From: Steroidobacteraceae bacterium
GTDB taxonomy: Bacteria > Pseudomonadota > Gammaproteobacteria > Steroidobacterales > Steroidobacteraceae
NCBI GenBank assembly: GCA_036401635.1
Contig: DASWUP010000154.1
Coordinates: 1 to 42,932 of the forward strand
DNA: 42,932 nt
Direction of reading: 5' to 3'
Shown: one piece after another, positions 16,898-26,071 of the stretch
Numbering within the stretch: the stretch's first letter is position 1
Layout of the letters: every line of letters starts with the position of its first letter
Translations under genes and position numbers: made by a program
Notes under the pieces: generated by a model
The model's input: only the letters and a program-made list of their open reading frames with translations
Databases searched by the model: none
What the model was told of the DNA's origin: nothing

Positions 16898-17812
16898 TCA
16901 AGCTCCGATGCCGCGCATGCTCGGCAGGTAGTGATCCACCAGCAGCGCCGCGAACAGCCACATGAGATAGGTCACGGAGAAGCGGAATACGCGCATCGGC
17001 AGCTCCTCGCGCGCGCTGATCTTGAGCGCCAGTGCGTAGTACAGGAACCCGCCGTTCAGTCCCAGCGCGGCCACGAGGTAGATGAGGCCGCTCATGCCGG
17101 TGAGGAACGGCAGCAGCGTCACCACCGTCAGCAGCACGGTGTACAGCAGCACCTGCTGGCGCGTGTAGGCGACGCCGTGCGTCACCGGCAGCATCGGAAT
17201 GCCGGCGTGCGCGTATTCATCGCGGCGCGCGATCGCCAGCGCCCAGAAGTGCGGCGGTGTCCACGCGAAGATGATGAGAAACAGCAGCAGCGCATTCGGG
17301 TCAATGCTGTTGGTCACCGCCGCCCAGCCGAGCACCGGCGGCGCTGCCCCGGCCGCGCCACCGATGACGATGTTCTGCGAGGTCGCGCGCTTCAGCCACA
17401 CCGTGTAGATGACCGCGTAGCCGATGAGTGACAGGAAGGTCAGCACCGCGGTGAGCAGGTTGACCAGCAAGGCGAGGATCGCCATGGCGCTCACGCCGAG
17501 CACCGCGGCGAACAGCAGTGCATTACGCTGCGTGAGCTGTCGGCTCGGCAGCGGCCGCGCGCGGGTGCGCGCCATCTGCTCATCGATCCGCCGGTCGAGG
17601 ACCTGGTTGAGGGTGGCCGCGCAGGCGGCGGCGAGCGCGATGCCGAGATTGCCCCACACCAGAGCTTCGAGCGGCGGCATCCCCGGACTTGCGAGCAACG
17701 TGCCGACGATGGCCGTGAAAACAATGAGCGCGACGACCCGCGGCTTGGTCAATTCGAGGTAGCGGCGCCAAAGAGCCGGCGCGCCCGCTACATAGTCCGA
17801 TGTCGTCGCCAC
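16898..17812 (-). CDS. ctaB: protohaem IX farnesyltransferase (haem O synthase)
   Basis: 304 aa with a GTG start. UbiA-superfamily motif [21 protein letters not shown]. About 9 TM segments. Located in the cytochrome oxidase cluster. Confidence 0.9.
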   Translation of the reverse strand: MATTSDYVAGAPALWRRYLELTKPRVVALIVFTAIVGTLLASPGMPPLEALVWGNLGIALAAACAATLNQVLDRRIDEQMARTRARPLPSRQLTQRNALLFAAVLGVSAMAILALLVNLLTAVLTFLSLIGYAVIYTVWLKRATSQNIVIGGAAGAAPPVLGWAAVTNSIDPNALLLFLIIFAWTPPHFWALAIARRDEYAHAGIPMLPVTHGVAYTRQQVLLYTVLLTVVTLLPFLTGMSGLIYLVAALGLNGGFLYYALALKISAREELPMRVFRFSVTYLMWLFAALLVDHYLPSMRGIGA

Positions 17813-17928
17813 GGTAGTGGGGAGGAAATGGGTCGGGGTCTTAGGATAGGCAGCCTAGCAGATCGCGGTGGGGCGATTTCTAGATTCCCGGTTGTCCTAA
17901 GCCAGGTGCCTACGGTACGTTGGCACTC

Positions 17929-18594
17929 ATGAGCGAACCATCGGGTCTGCGGCTCTATTACCATCCTCTGGCGTCATTCTGCTGGAAGGCGCTCATCGCC
18001 TTGTACGAGAACGACACGCCCTTCGAGCCTCACATCGTCGACCTCGGCGATGAGGCTTCCCGGGAAGACTTTAAAAGGATTTGGCCCATCGGCCGCTTTC
18101 CGGTGTTGCGCGACGAGATGAGGGGTCGGACCATCCCGGAATCGAGCATCATCATCGAATACCTGGCACAGCACTGGCCGGGAAAGACGCAGCTGGTGCC
18201 AAAGGAAGCGGACCTGGCGCGGGATACGCGCCTGCGCGATCGATTCTATGACCTGTACGTGCAGGAACCGATGCAGAAGATCGTCACCGACCGTTTACGT
18301 CCGGCGGGGAGCAGCGATCCGCATGGCGTGGAGCAGGCGCAGACATTGCTGCGCACTGCGTATGCAATGATTGAGCGCGAGACGCAATCGGGCACCTGGG
18401 CCATGGGGGATGCATTCAGCATGGCCGACTGCGCGGCCGCGCCGGCGCTGTTCTACGCCAACCTGGTGATACCCCTGGGCGATCGCTGCAGGAAAGCGGC
18501 GGCGTATCTGCAGCGGCTGCTGCAACGCCCCTCGGTCGCACGGGTGGTCAAGGAAGCACAGCCTTACATGGCATCCTTCCCGGCACAGGCCTGA
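17929..18594 (+). CDS. glutathione S-transferase family protein
   Basis: Track ORF starts at TTG 17920; the ATG at 17929 is more likely (MSEPSGLRLYYHPLASFCWKALIAL...). Thioredoxin-like N-domain (FPVLRDE..TIPESSIIIEYL) and a helical C-domain. G+C is clearly lower than in the flanking genes. Confidence 0.85.
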   Translation: MSEPSGLRLYYHPLASFCWKALIALYENDTPFEPHIVDLGDEASREDFKRIWPIGRFPVLRDEMRGRTIPESSIIIEYLAQHWPGKTQLVPKEADLARDTRLRDRFYDLYVQEPMQKIVTDRLRPAGSSDPHGVEQAQTLLRTAYAMIERETQSGTWAMGDAFSMADCAAAPALFYANLVIPLGDRCRKAAAYLQRLLQRPSVARVVKEAQPYMASFPAQA

Positions 18595-18596
18595 TC

Positions 18597-19634
18597 TCAC
18601 CGTGCGCTCAGGGACCGCAGCAGCGCCAGCGTAGCGAGCAGCAACAGCGCGGCCCCGGCCGCGTGCGCCGTGGCGAGCCACAGCGGGAAGGCCTTGAGCA
18701 CCATGGAAACGCCGATGAGCAGCTGCAGGCCGAGTGCCCCGAGCACCGCCCAGGCCCGCAGGCGTGCGCCGGACAGCCCGCGGCGCCGCAACACAAACAC
18801 CGCGCCGAGCGTCAGCGCCACGGCCGTCACCAGCGCGCCCAGGCGGTGCGTGAGATGAATGGCGACGCGCGCCGGGTTGTCGAGCACGCCGCCTTCGTAG
18901 TTGATGTTGAGACCGCGCCACAGCACGAAGGCGTTGCGGTAATCGGTGTGCGGCCACCACGCGCCCTGACACTTCGGAAAGTCCGGGCAGGCGACCGCGG
19001 CGTAATTGCTGCTGGTCCAGCCGCCGAGCGCGAGCTGCACGGTGAGCGCGGCCAGACCCACTAGCGCGAGCCGCTGAGCGTTCACTATGGGCGAGGCGCC
19101 GCCACCGCTGATCACTCTGCCTGCGCTGTGCAGTGCGGCCGCGCCCCAGGAGCCCTTCGGCAGCGACAGCATCAGCCACCACAACAGGCCGAGCGTGGTC
19201 ATTCCGAACAGCAGGTGCAAGGTCACGATGAGCGGCTTCAGCTGCCAGGTGACGGTCAGCATTCCCAAGATTGCCTGCACGATCACGATGGCGAACAGCG
19301 CCAGCGCGAACGGCACGCTCGCGAGGCGCCGGCGGCGCGAGGCTGCAGCGAGCGCGGTGATGAGGAGGATCACGAGTCCGAGCGTAGCGGCGGCATAGCG
19401 ATGCAGCATCTCGCGCCATGCCTTGCCGAGCACCAGCGGCCGGTCGGCGTAAGCGGCCTGCGCACTGGCGCTGTCCGCTGCGCCCGGCGGGGTGAGTTGG
19501 CCGTAACAGCCGGGCCAGTCGGGGCAGCCGAGCCCGGCGGCGCTCAGGCGCACGTACGCGCCCAGCACCACCACGGCGAAGCACAACAGCACGCCTGCAA
19601 TGGCCAGGCGGCGCATCCAGCGGGCAACCGGCAT
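18597..19634 (-). CDS. ctaA: haem A synthase (COX15/CtaA family)
   Basis: 345 aa with 8 predicted TM helices and COX15-type sequence (VVLGAYVRLSAAGLGCPDWPGCYG, conserved His residues in helices). Located next to ctaB and SURF1 in the cox cluster. Confidence 0.85.
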   Translation of the reverse strand: MPVARWMRRLAIAGVLLCFAVVVLGAYVRLSAAGLGCPDWPGCYGQLTPPGAADSASAQAAYADRPLVLGKAWREMLHRYAAATLGLVILLITALAAASRRRRLASVPFALALFAIVIVQAILGMLTVTWQLKPLIVTLHLLFGMTTLGLLWWLMLSLPKGSWGAAALHSAGRVISGGGASPIVNAQRLALVGLAALTVQLALGGWTSSNYAAVACPDFPKCQGAWWPHTDYRNAFVLWRGLNINYEGGVLDNPARVAIHLTHRLGALVTAVALTLGAVFVLRRRGLSGARLRAWAVLGALGLQLLIGVSMVLKAFPLWLATAHAAGAALLLLATLALLRSLSAR

Positions 19635-19652
19635 GGTTACTTTCTTGGAATC

Positions 19653-20288
19653 TCAGCCGATATGAGAAAGCTTCAGCAGCTTCGTCAGGTCCTCGAGCAG
19701 CCCGTGAGGATCCTGGCGGGCATCGTAGCTCATCATGAGGTTGCCGAGCGGATCGACGACGAACAGCACATGCTCGCGCCCCGGCGACGGAAACTCGCGC
19801 AGCAGCGCTGTGCCGGCCGGACCTGCCGCATCCAGCACTTCAAGTCCCGCCTGTTCACGCGCCAGGAACTCGCGGGCACAGCAGTCGGCGCTGGCGAGGA
19901 ACACCCGCGCAAGGCGCGTCATGTCGTTGTTGAGTGCCAGGCGCGTCTGGCGCATCACGTAGAGCGCCTGGCGGCACGCGCTGTCGCAGGCACCGTTGCC
20001 GACATACACCAGGGACCACCTGCCGCGAAACGGCGTCTCGTACGCCGCTCCGGCGCCGTTTGACTGCGACAGCCTGGCCGCGGGAGCGAGGGTCACGCGG
20101 GGCAAAGTGAGCGGCGGCAACGGCCGCGTCGGCGTGATCAGCACGCCGTGGTTCACGCGGCGCGCCGGACGCCAGCCGGTGCCGTAGTAAGTGAGGAGCG
20201 CCATGACGAGTGGCAGCAGGAACAGTGCCGCGAGAGCTGCCAGGGTGCGCAGATTGCGCTCGCGCAGCTTGCTCGCGGTGGGGCTCAT
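19653..20288 (-). CDS. membrane-anchored Sco-like / thioredoxin-fold protein of the cytochrome oxidase cluster
   Basis: Track ORF trimmed to the ATG at 20288 (MSPTASKLRERNLRTLAALAALFLLPLVMALL). One N-terminal TM helix. CxxxC motif in VYVGNGACDSACRQAL. 4-nt ATGA overlap with the SURF1 stop. The family assignment is tentative. Confidence 0.55.
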   Translation of the reverse strand: MSPTASKLRERNLRTLAALAALFLLPLVMALLTYYGTGWRPARRVNHGVLITPTRPLPPLTLPRVTLAPAARLSQSNGAGAAYETPFRGRWSLVYVGNGACDSACRQALYVMRQTRLALNNDMTRLARVFLASADCCAREFLAREQAGLEVLDAAGPAGTALLREFPSPGREHVLFVVDPLGNLMMSYDARQDPHGLLEDLTKLLKLSHIG

Positions 20289-21034
20289 CTTGTTTTTGCA
20301 CCGTGGTTTCTGCGCGTGCTCATGAGCGTCCACGCGATGAGGGCCAGCGCCGCGAAGCTCCACCACTGGATGGCGTAGGAGAAGTGCCGCAGCGGCGCCA
20401 TTGCGGGCAGTTGCCAGTCGCGCACGTAACCGAAGGGCGCCTGCGGATCGAGGAGCAGCATGCGAGCCGCCAGCGGCGCGCCGAGCGCCGCGCTGAGCTC
20501 ATCGGCGCTCGGGTAACTGGTGACTTTCGGCCACGGAGCACGCGCGTCGGGAGCCGCCCGGCCGCTGGCGAGCCCCGCGCTCGGCAACGCGGCGATGCGT
20601 CCGCTCAAGGTCACGGGCGCCGCGGCCTCAAAGGCAATGTCCGGCAATCGCGCGCGACTGCCCGAGAACGGCACCCAGCCGCGATCGATGAGCAGCACAG
20701 CGGCGCCGGCGCGCGCCAGCGGCGTCAGCACCTCGTACCCGGCGCTTCCGCGGTAAGTGCGGTTGTCGAGCAGGAACTGGTGCGCGGCATCCAGCTGCCC
20801 CGTAACACTCACGCGTTGGAACAGCGGCACGTCGCTCGCGGCGCGCGCGCCGAGCACCAGCAGCTGCTCCGCGCCGCGCGCGAAGCGGGTCCACTCTTGC
20901 TGGCGCTGCACCCCCTTGTGCCACTGCCAGAAACCTAAGCGGACAAAGAGCGCGCACAGCAGCAGCGTCACGACCGTGAGGGCCGGCGACGGGGCGAACG
21001 CGCGCTTATCCGAGATACACTGCGCCCTAGGCAT
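20285..21034 (-). CDS. SURF1-family cytochrome oxidase assembly protein
   Basis: Track ORF 20285..21256 trimmed to the ATG at 21034 (MPRAQCISDKRAFAPSPALTVVTLLLCALFVRLGFWQWHKG...). SURF1 hallmark LGFWQ after the first TM helix and a second TM helix at the C-terminus (HFSYAIQWWSFAALALI). Confidence 0.8.
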   Translation of the reverse strand: MPRAQCISDKRAFAPSPALTVVTLLLCALFVRLGFWQWHKGVQRQQEWTRFARGAEQLLVLGARAASDVPLFQRVSVTGQLDAAHQFLLDNRTYRGSAGYEVLTPLARAGAAVLLIDRGWVPFSGSRARLPDIAFEAAAPVTLSGRIAALPSAGLASGRAAPDARAPWPKVTSYPSADELSAALGAPLAARMLLLDPQAPFGYVRDWQLPAMAPLRHFSYAIQWWSFAALALIAWTLMSTRRNHGAKTR

Positions 21035-21272
21035 GCAAGCGCTCGTCTGGCTGCTGATCCTGGTGAGCCTCGCGGCGATTGCCGCGAGCCTCGGCTTTGG
21101 GCTGTTCCATCTGTCGCGCGGGGGTGCCGACGATTCGCGCAGACTGGCGCGTGCCCTGACCATTCGCATCACCGTGTCGCTGGTGCTGTTCGCGCTGCTG
21201 ATGCTGGCCTGGTACCTCGGGCTCATCTCGCCCCATGCACTGCAGTCCGGCAGCACCCCGCCGCATCCCTAG
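21033..21272 (+). CDS. twin-transmembrane-helix small protein (DUF2909-like), opposite strand inside the cox cluster
   Basis: C-terminal 79 aa of track ORF 20757..21272, starting at ATG 21033: MQALVWLLILVSLAAIAASLGFGLFHLSRGGADDSRRLARALTIRITVSLVLFALLMLAWYLGLI. Two hydrophobic helices are joined by a basic loop, as in the small proteins usually found between coxC and SURF1. Confidence 0.65.
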   Translation: MQALVWLLILVSLAAIAASLGFGLFHLSRGGADDSRRLARALTIRITVSLVLFALLMLAWYLGLISPHALQSGSTPPHP

Positions 21273-21322
21273 AGCGCCACGTCGTGCGTCTCCCGGTGCC
21301 CGCCGGCGAGCTGCGCGCCCAT

Positions 21323-22210
21323 CTACAGCCAGTACACGAAAATGAACAGGCCGAGCCACACCCAGTCGACAAAGTGCCAGTACCAGGCGACCGCCTCGAA
21401 GGCGAAGTGCCGGGTGGCGGTGAAGTGCCCGCGCAACACCCGCAGCCAGATGACCAGCAGCATGATCGCGCCGAGGGTCACGTGCAGGCCGTGGAAGCCG
21501 GTGAGCATGAAGAACGTCGAGCCGTAGATGCCGGTCGAGAGCCGCAGGCCGAGCTGCCGGTAGGCCTCGCCGTACTCACGGACCTGGAAGCCTACGAAGG
21601 TAAACCCCAGCAGGAACGTCAGCGCCAGGAACAGCCCCAGCCGGACGCGATGGCCCGCGCGCAGCGCGTTGTGGGCGAGGGTGACCGTGAGGCCGCTGGT
21701 GAGCAGGATCGCGGTGTTGAGCGCGGGTATGCCGATCGCGGGTATGGTGCTGAAGGTGGAGTCGGCGCGGCCGCCGACGTGCCCCGGGCCGTTGCTCGGC
21801 CAGATGCCCTCGAACTTGGGCCAGAGGATGAAGTTGGTGAATACCTTGACGCCCTCCCCGCCGAGCCACGGCACCGCCAGCATGCGCGCATAGAACAACG
21901 CGCCGAAGAACGCGCCGAAGAACATCACCTCGGAGAAGATGAACCACATCATCGCCATGCGGAAACTACGGTCGACCTGCAGGTTGTAGACGCCCTGCTG
22001 GTTCTCGCCGATGACGGTGGCGAACCAGCCGAAGAACATGTAGGCAAGCAGCACCGCGCCGGGCAGGAACGACCACGCGCCGGCCCAGTCATTCAGAAAG
22101 CCGATCGCCCCCAGCATCATGGCGAACAGCGCGATCGAGCCGCGGATCGGCCAGGGGCTGTGATGCGGAATGTAGTAGTGGCTGCTGTCGGGAGCGTGGG
22201 CCTTGGCCAT
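21323..22210 (-). CDS. coxC: cytochrome c oxidase subunit III
   Basis: 295 aa with 7 TM helices and typical subunit III sequence (GSTFFMLTGFHGLHVTLG, HFAFEAVAWYWHFVDWVWL). Confidence 0.92.
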   Translation of the reverse strand: MAKAHAPDSSHYYIPHHSPWPIRGSIALFAMMLGAIGFLNDWAGAWSFLPGAVLLAYMFFGWFATVIGENQQGVYNLQVDRSFRMAMMWFIFSEVMFFGAFFGALFYARMLAVPWLGGEGVKVFTNFILWPKFEGIWPSNGPGHVGGRADSTFSTIPAIGIPALNTAILLTSGLTVTLAHNALRAGHRVRLGLFLALTFLLGFTFVGFQVREYGEAYRQLGLRLSTGIYGSTFFMLTGFHGLHVTLGAIMLLVIWLRVLRGHFTATRHFAFEAVAWYWHFVDWVWLGLFIFVYWL

Positions 22211-22239
22211 GTCGGTGAGCTTTCCTGCCGGAAGTGCGC

Positions 22240-22785
22240 CTAGCGTCGCGAGGTGACGCGCGAGGATTCGTCGTAAAACGTATACGCCAGCGTGATCAGA
22301 TCGATGTGACGCGGCAGCTGCGGGTCGATGATGAAGCGCACCGCCAGCTCGCGCCCCTCGTCGAGATCAAAGTGCTGGGGCGAGAAGCAGAAGCATTCGG
22401 TTTTGTGGAAGTACGCGGCCACTTCCGAGGGCGCGATGTTGGGCACCGCCTGCGCCACGGTGGCACGCCCGGTGTGGTTGTGCGCGTAGAACTGCGCGCG
22501 GTACAGCTGGCCCGGATGCACATCGAGGGTGCGCACCGCCGGGCGGAACTCGAAAGTGCCGGCGCTGGCGACGTCCGCCAGGAATTGCACCTTCACGGTG
22601 CGATTGACGTCCGGGTGCTCGATGGCCTGTACGCGCTCGAGGAGCTTGGCCTGATCGCCGTAGCCGGTGACCGCGCACAGCACGTTGTACAGCGGCACCA
22701 GCGCAAAACCAAACCCGAAGCTGCCGGCCGCGATGGCGAGCAGCTTCCAGGTCATGTTGCGGTTGGCGCGCCTGAGGTCGCTCAT
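22240..22785 (-). CDS. ctaG: cytochrome c oxidase assembly protein CtaG/Cox11
   Basis: Track ORF trimmed to the ATG at 22785 ([43 protein letters not shown]). Cox11 motifs [12 protein letters not shown] and KTECFCF. Confidence 0.88.
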   Translation of the reverse strand: MSDLRRANRNMTWKLLAIAAGSFGFGFALVPLYNVLCAVTGYGDQAKLLERVQAIEHPDVNRTVKVQFLADVASAGTFEFRPAVRTLDVHPGQLYRAQFYAHNHTGRATVAQAVPNIAPSEVAAYFHKTECFCFSPQHFDLDEGRELAVRFIIDPQLPRHIDLITLAYTFYDESSRVTSRR

Positions 22786-22934
22786 CGCCAGCCCCGCAGC
22801 AGCGTCATGACGATGAAGCCGAGGTAGAAGGCCGCCGCGATCAGCGCGAACAGCCGCGCGCTGCGCCGTACGTGCCGGCGCCGCGGTGCCTCGTGCTGCG
22901 GCGCCGTGTGCCGGCTCGTGATGTGCGGCTGCAT
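22782..22934 (-). CDS. 50-aa single-TM protein between coxA and ctaG (cytochrome oxidase small assembly protein-like)
   Basis: Last 50 codons of track ORF 22782..23519: [50 protein letters not shown]. Its ATG (22934-22932) overlaps the coxA TGA, and its TGA (22784-22782) overlaps the ctaG ATG. Both junctions are ATGA. Confidence 0.55.
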   Translation of the reverse strand: MQPHITSRHTAPQHEAPRRRHVRRSARLFALIAAAFYLGFIVMTLLRGWR

Positions 22935-24541
22935 CAGTGCTCCGCGCCGCGCGCGATGACCGCGTCCGAGGGCGGCGTGGTCCAGGAGTGATACGGTGGC
23001 GGCGAGCGCAGCTCCCACTCCAGTCCGTGCGCGCCCTCCCAGGCCTTGTTGCCGACGCGCGCACCCGAGCGCACGCATTTCCAGATGATGTACGGGAACA
23101 GCAGCTGCGCCAGGCCGAAGCCGAAAGCGCCGATCGTAGACACCATGTTCCAGTCGGTGAACTGCACCGCGTAGTCGGGGATGCGGCGCGGCATGCCTGC
23201 GAGTCCCAGGAAGTGCTGCGGGAAGAACAGCACGTTCACGAAGATCGCCGACAGCCAGAAGTGCCAGGTGGCGAGCTTCAGGTCGTACATGTGGCCAGTC
23301 CATTTCGGCAGCCAGTAGTACACCCCCGCCATGATGCCGAAGACCGACCCCGGCACCAGCACGTAGTGGAAGTGCGCCACGACGAAGTAGGTGTCCTGGT
23401 ACTGGTAGTCGGCCGGCACGATCGCCAGCATCAGACCGGAAAAGCCGCCGATGGTGAACAGGAACAGGAACGCCAGCGCGAACAGCATCGGGGGCTCGAA
23501 GGTGAGCGAGCCCTTCCACATGGTCGCCGTCCAGTTGAACACCTTCACGCCCGTGGGCACCGCGATCAGCATGGTCGAGAGCATGAAGAACAGCTGCGCC
23601 GCGAGCGGCATGCCGACCGTGAACATGTGGTGCGCCCAGACGATGAACGACAGGAAGGCAATCGAGGCGACCGCGTACACCATCGCCTCGTAGCCGAACA
23701 GCGGCTTGCGCGCGAACGTCGGAATGACTTCCGAGATGATGCCGAACGCGGGCAGGATGAGGATGTAGACCTCCGGATGCCCGAAGAACCAGAAGATATG
23801 CTGGAACATCACCGGGTCACCCCCGCCCGCGGCGGTGAAGAAGGTGGTGCCGAAGAAGTGATCGGTGAGGAGCATGGTCACCGCTCCGGCGAGCACCGGC
23901 ATCACCGCGATCAGAAGATAAGCGGTGATCAGCCACGTCCACACGAACAGCGGCATGCGCAACAGCGTCATGCCCGGCGCGCGCATGTTGATGATGGTGA
24001 CCACGATGTTGATGGCGCCGAGAATCGAGGAGGCGCCCATCAGGTGGATGGAGAAGATCAGCATCGGAAAGGACGCCCCGGTCTGCAGCGCCAGCGGCGG
24101 GTACATGGTCCAGCCGCCCGCCGGCGCCCCGCCGGGCACGAACAGCGACGACAGCAGCAGCGTGAACGCAAAGGGGAGGATCCAGAAACTGAAGTTGTTG
24201 AGGCGCGGCAGCGCCATGTCCGGCGCACCGGTCTGCAGCGGAATCATCCAGTTCGCCAGTCCCGTCCACGCCGGCATCACCGCGCCGAAAATCATGATCA
24301 GCGCGTGCATGGTGGTCATGGAATTGAAGAACTGCGGGTCGAAGAACTGCAGGCCGGGCTTGAAGAGCTCAAGCCGAATGAGCATCGCCATGAGACCGCC
24401 GATGAAGAACATCGTGCCGGCGAAGATCAGGTACATCGTCCCGATGTCCTTGTGGTTGGTTGCGTAGACCCAGCGCCGCCAGCCGCTCGGCTTGTGGTCG
24501 TGCTCCTCGTGGGAGGCGGCGTGCGAGAGCGGCGTAGGCAT
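22934..24541 (-). CDS. coxA: cytochrome c oxidase subunit I (haem-copper oxidase catalytic subunit)
   Basis: 535 aa with 12 TM helices. Signature segments [23 protein letters not shown] and HFHYVL. Confidence 0.95.
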   Translation of the reverse strand: MPTPLSHAASHEEHDHKPSGWRRWVYATNHKDIGTMYLIFAGTMFFIGGLMAMLIRLELFKPGLQFFDPQFFNSMTTMHALIMIFGAVMPAWTGLANWMIPLQTGAPDMALPRLNNFSFWILPFAFTLLLSSLFVPGGAPAGGWTMYPPLALQTGASFPMLIFSIHLMGASSILGAINIVVTIINMRAPGMTLLRMPLFVWTWLITAYLLIAVMPVLAGAVTMLLTDHFFGTTFFTAAGGGDPVMFQHIFWFFGHPEVYILILPAFGIISEVIPTFARKPLFGYEAMVYAVASIAFLSFIVWAHHMFTVGMPLAAQLFFMLSTMLIAVPTGVKVFNWTATMWKGSLTFEPPMLFALAFLFLFTIGGFSGLMLAIVPADYQYQDTYFVVAHFHYVLVPGSVFGIMAGVYYWLPKWTGHMYDLKLATWHFWLSAIFVNVLFFPQHFLGLAGMPRRIPDYAVQFTDWNMVSTIGAFGFGLAQLLFPYIIWKCVRSGARVGNKAWEGAHGLEWELRSPPPYHSWTTPPSDAVIARGAEH

Positions 24542-24568
24542 CTGGCGGATTCTCTTGGCCGCGGCTGA

Positions 24569-25468
24569 TCAGGAAGCACTCGCGCCAGCGCTCGTCGCGG
24601 CCGGCGCGGCCGGTGCGGGCGGTGCGGGCGCGGCGCTCGGAGCGGCCGCCTGTTTCTGCTCGGCCGCCTTGTCCTTGAGCCAGCTTGCGAAGTCCGCCTT
24701 GGAGCGCACGTCGACCACGATGGGCATGAAGCCGTGATCACGGCCGCACAGCTCCGCGCACTGGCCGCGGTACAGGCCGGGCTTGTCCGTGTCCACCCTG
24801 AACCAGGCCTCATTCACGAAGCCCGGAATCGCGTCTTTTTTTACCCCGAAAGCCGGCACCCACCAGGAATGGATGACGTCCGCGCCGGTGATCAGCAGGC
24901 GCACCTTGGTGCCGACCGGCACGACCAGCGGGTGATCGACGTTGAGCAGGTAATGATCGACGGTATTGGGATCGATCCCGGAGAGCAGCTCGCGTGCCGC
25001 GTCGCTCTTGCGGTCGAGGCGCGAGTAGTAGGCCACGCCGTCGTCGAGGTAGTCGTAATGCCAGCCCCACTGGTAGCCGGTGACCTTGATGGTGAGCTCG
25101 GTCTTGGTCGTGTCCTCGATTTCCACCAGGGTCTTCGCCGCCGGCACCGCCATGCCGATCAGGATGAACACCGGCACTACGGTCCAGATGAATTCGACCT
25201 TGGTGTTGTGGACCAGCGTGCCGTCGGGGATTGCGCCCTTCGACTTGCGGTAGGCGACGATCGACCAGATCATCGCGCCGAACACCACGACGGCGATGGC
25301 GACGCACACCCAGAAGATTTTCATGTGCAGGGCGTAGATCTTGCGGCTGATCTCGGTGACCCCCTCGGGCATGTTGAGCAGGCCCCAGCCCGAGTCGGCC
25401 CGCGCCGGGCCGCAGCCGCACGCCGCCGCGACGAGCAGGGCGAGAGGGGCGAGCTTTGTGCGAATCAT
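24569..25468 (-). CDS. coxB: cytochrome c oxidase subunit II (CuA subunit), without a fused cytochrome c domain
   Basis: 299 aa. Signal/lipoprotein-like N-terminus (LLVAAACGCG) and two TM helices. CuA site HSWWVPAFG...CAELCGRDHGFM. There is no CxxCH. The C-terminus is an Ala/Pro-rich tail. Confidence 0.92.
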   Translation of the reverse strand: MIRTKLAPLALLVAAACGCGPARADSGWGLLNMPEGVTEISRKIYALHMKIFWVCVAIAVVVFGAMIWSIVAYRKSKGAIPDGTLVHNTKVEFIWTVVPVFILIGMAVPAAKTLVEIEDTTKTELTIKVTGYQWGWHYDYLDDGVAYYSRLDRKSDAARELLSGIDPNTVDHYLLNVDHPLVVPVGTKVRLLITGADVIHSWWVPAFGVKKDAIPGFVNEAWFRVDTDKPGLYRGQCAELCGRDHGFMPIVVDVRSKADFASWLKDKAAEQKQAAAPSAAPAPPAPAAPAATSAGASAS

Positions 25469-25545
25469 CGTTAACGTGCCTTACAGCGCGCGCCCGAGCG
25501 TGCGGGGGCGGTGCGCATTTCACAAGAAAGCAAACCTGCTCCGCC

Positions 25546-26065
25546 CTAAGACCTGCTTGAGGCCCAGGGCCAGGAGGGCGACTCGTTGACGCGGCCGATG
25601 AGGCGCTGTAACCGAAGCGCCAGTCCACGCCGCTCCCCTTCCGTGAGAAAGCTGCCCAGCTCGCATTGGCGCCCGTGCGACTCGATGGTGAGTCGGCTCG
25701 GGTGCAGGCGCGCTGCGGGGCGGCGCAGTTTAACCTGCGCCCAATGCCGCGGGAACACGACCCGCGCGAAGCACTCGCGCGCACGCGATTCGATGCTCAC
25801 GTCGCACTCGGTGACGGTAATGATCTGGCGGTGGAAGCGGCGCTCGAGGGATAGCTTAAGCGCCCAGCCGAGCAGCGCCATCTCGAATCCCGCAAACGGC
25901 AGGATCAGCCTTTAGGGCGAGGAACCCGCCGACCCCGAGCGGCACCAGGCAGGCGGCGGCAAAAAATACCTGCGCGCCGCGCGCACTCAGCGAGCAGTTC
26001 GGGCAGATCTGGATCTCGATGCGCAGTGGTTCGCCGTCCACGGCGGCCTCGATGGTAACGCGCAA
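25546..26065 (-). pseudogene. DUF2244-like cytochrome-oxidase-associated membrane protein gene, split by a single-base frameshift (or a sequencing error)
   Basis: Track ORFs 25856..26065 (TTG start; ...ICPNCSLSARGAQVFFAAACLVPLGVGGFLALK) and 25546..25881 (MALLGWALKLSLERRFHRQIITV...SRLTIESHGRQCELGSFLTEGERRGLA) are the N- and C-terminal halves of one DUF2244-type protein, in different frames. The second frame already reads LILPFAGFE immediately upstream of its ATG. Deleting one base in the run CCCTAAAGG (about 25906-25916) gives a continuous 172-aa ORF. Confidence 0.55.
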
Positions 26066-26071
26066 CCGCCT

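Noticed and set aside
22937-24568. 543-aa plus-strand ORF antisense to coxA. Similar long ORFs lie antisense or out of frame to trkA, uvrD, the receptor gene, the S9 peptidase, ctaA, coxC, coxB, bioF, ubiA, GH92 and recG.
   Set aside because: Each overlaps a gene with unambiguous family signatures on the other strand or frame. The compositions are Arg/Pro/Ala/Gly-dominated. I treat them as high-GC artefacts, not overlapping genes.
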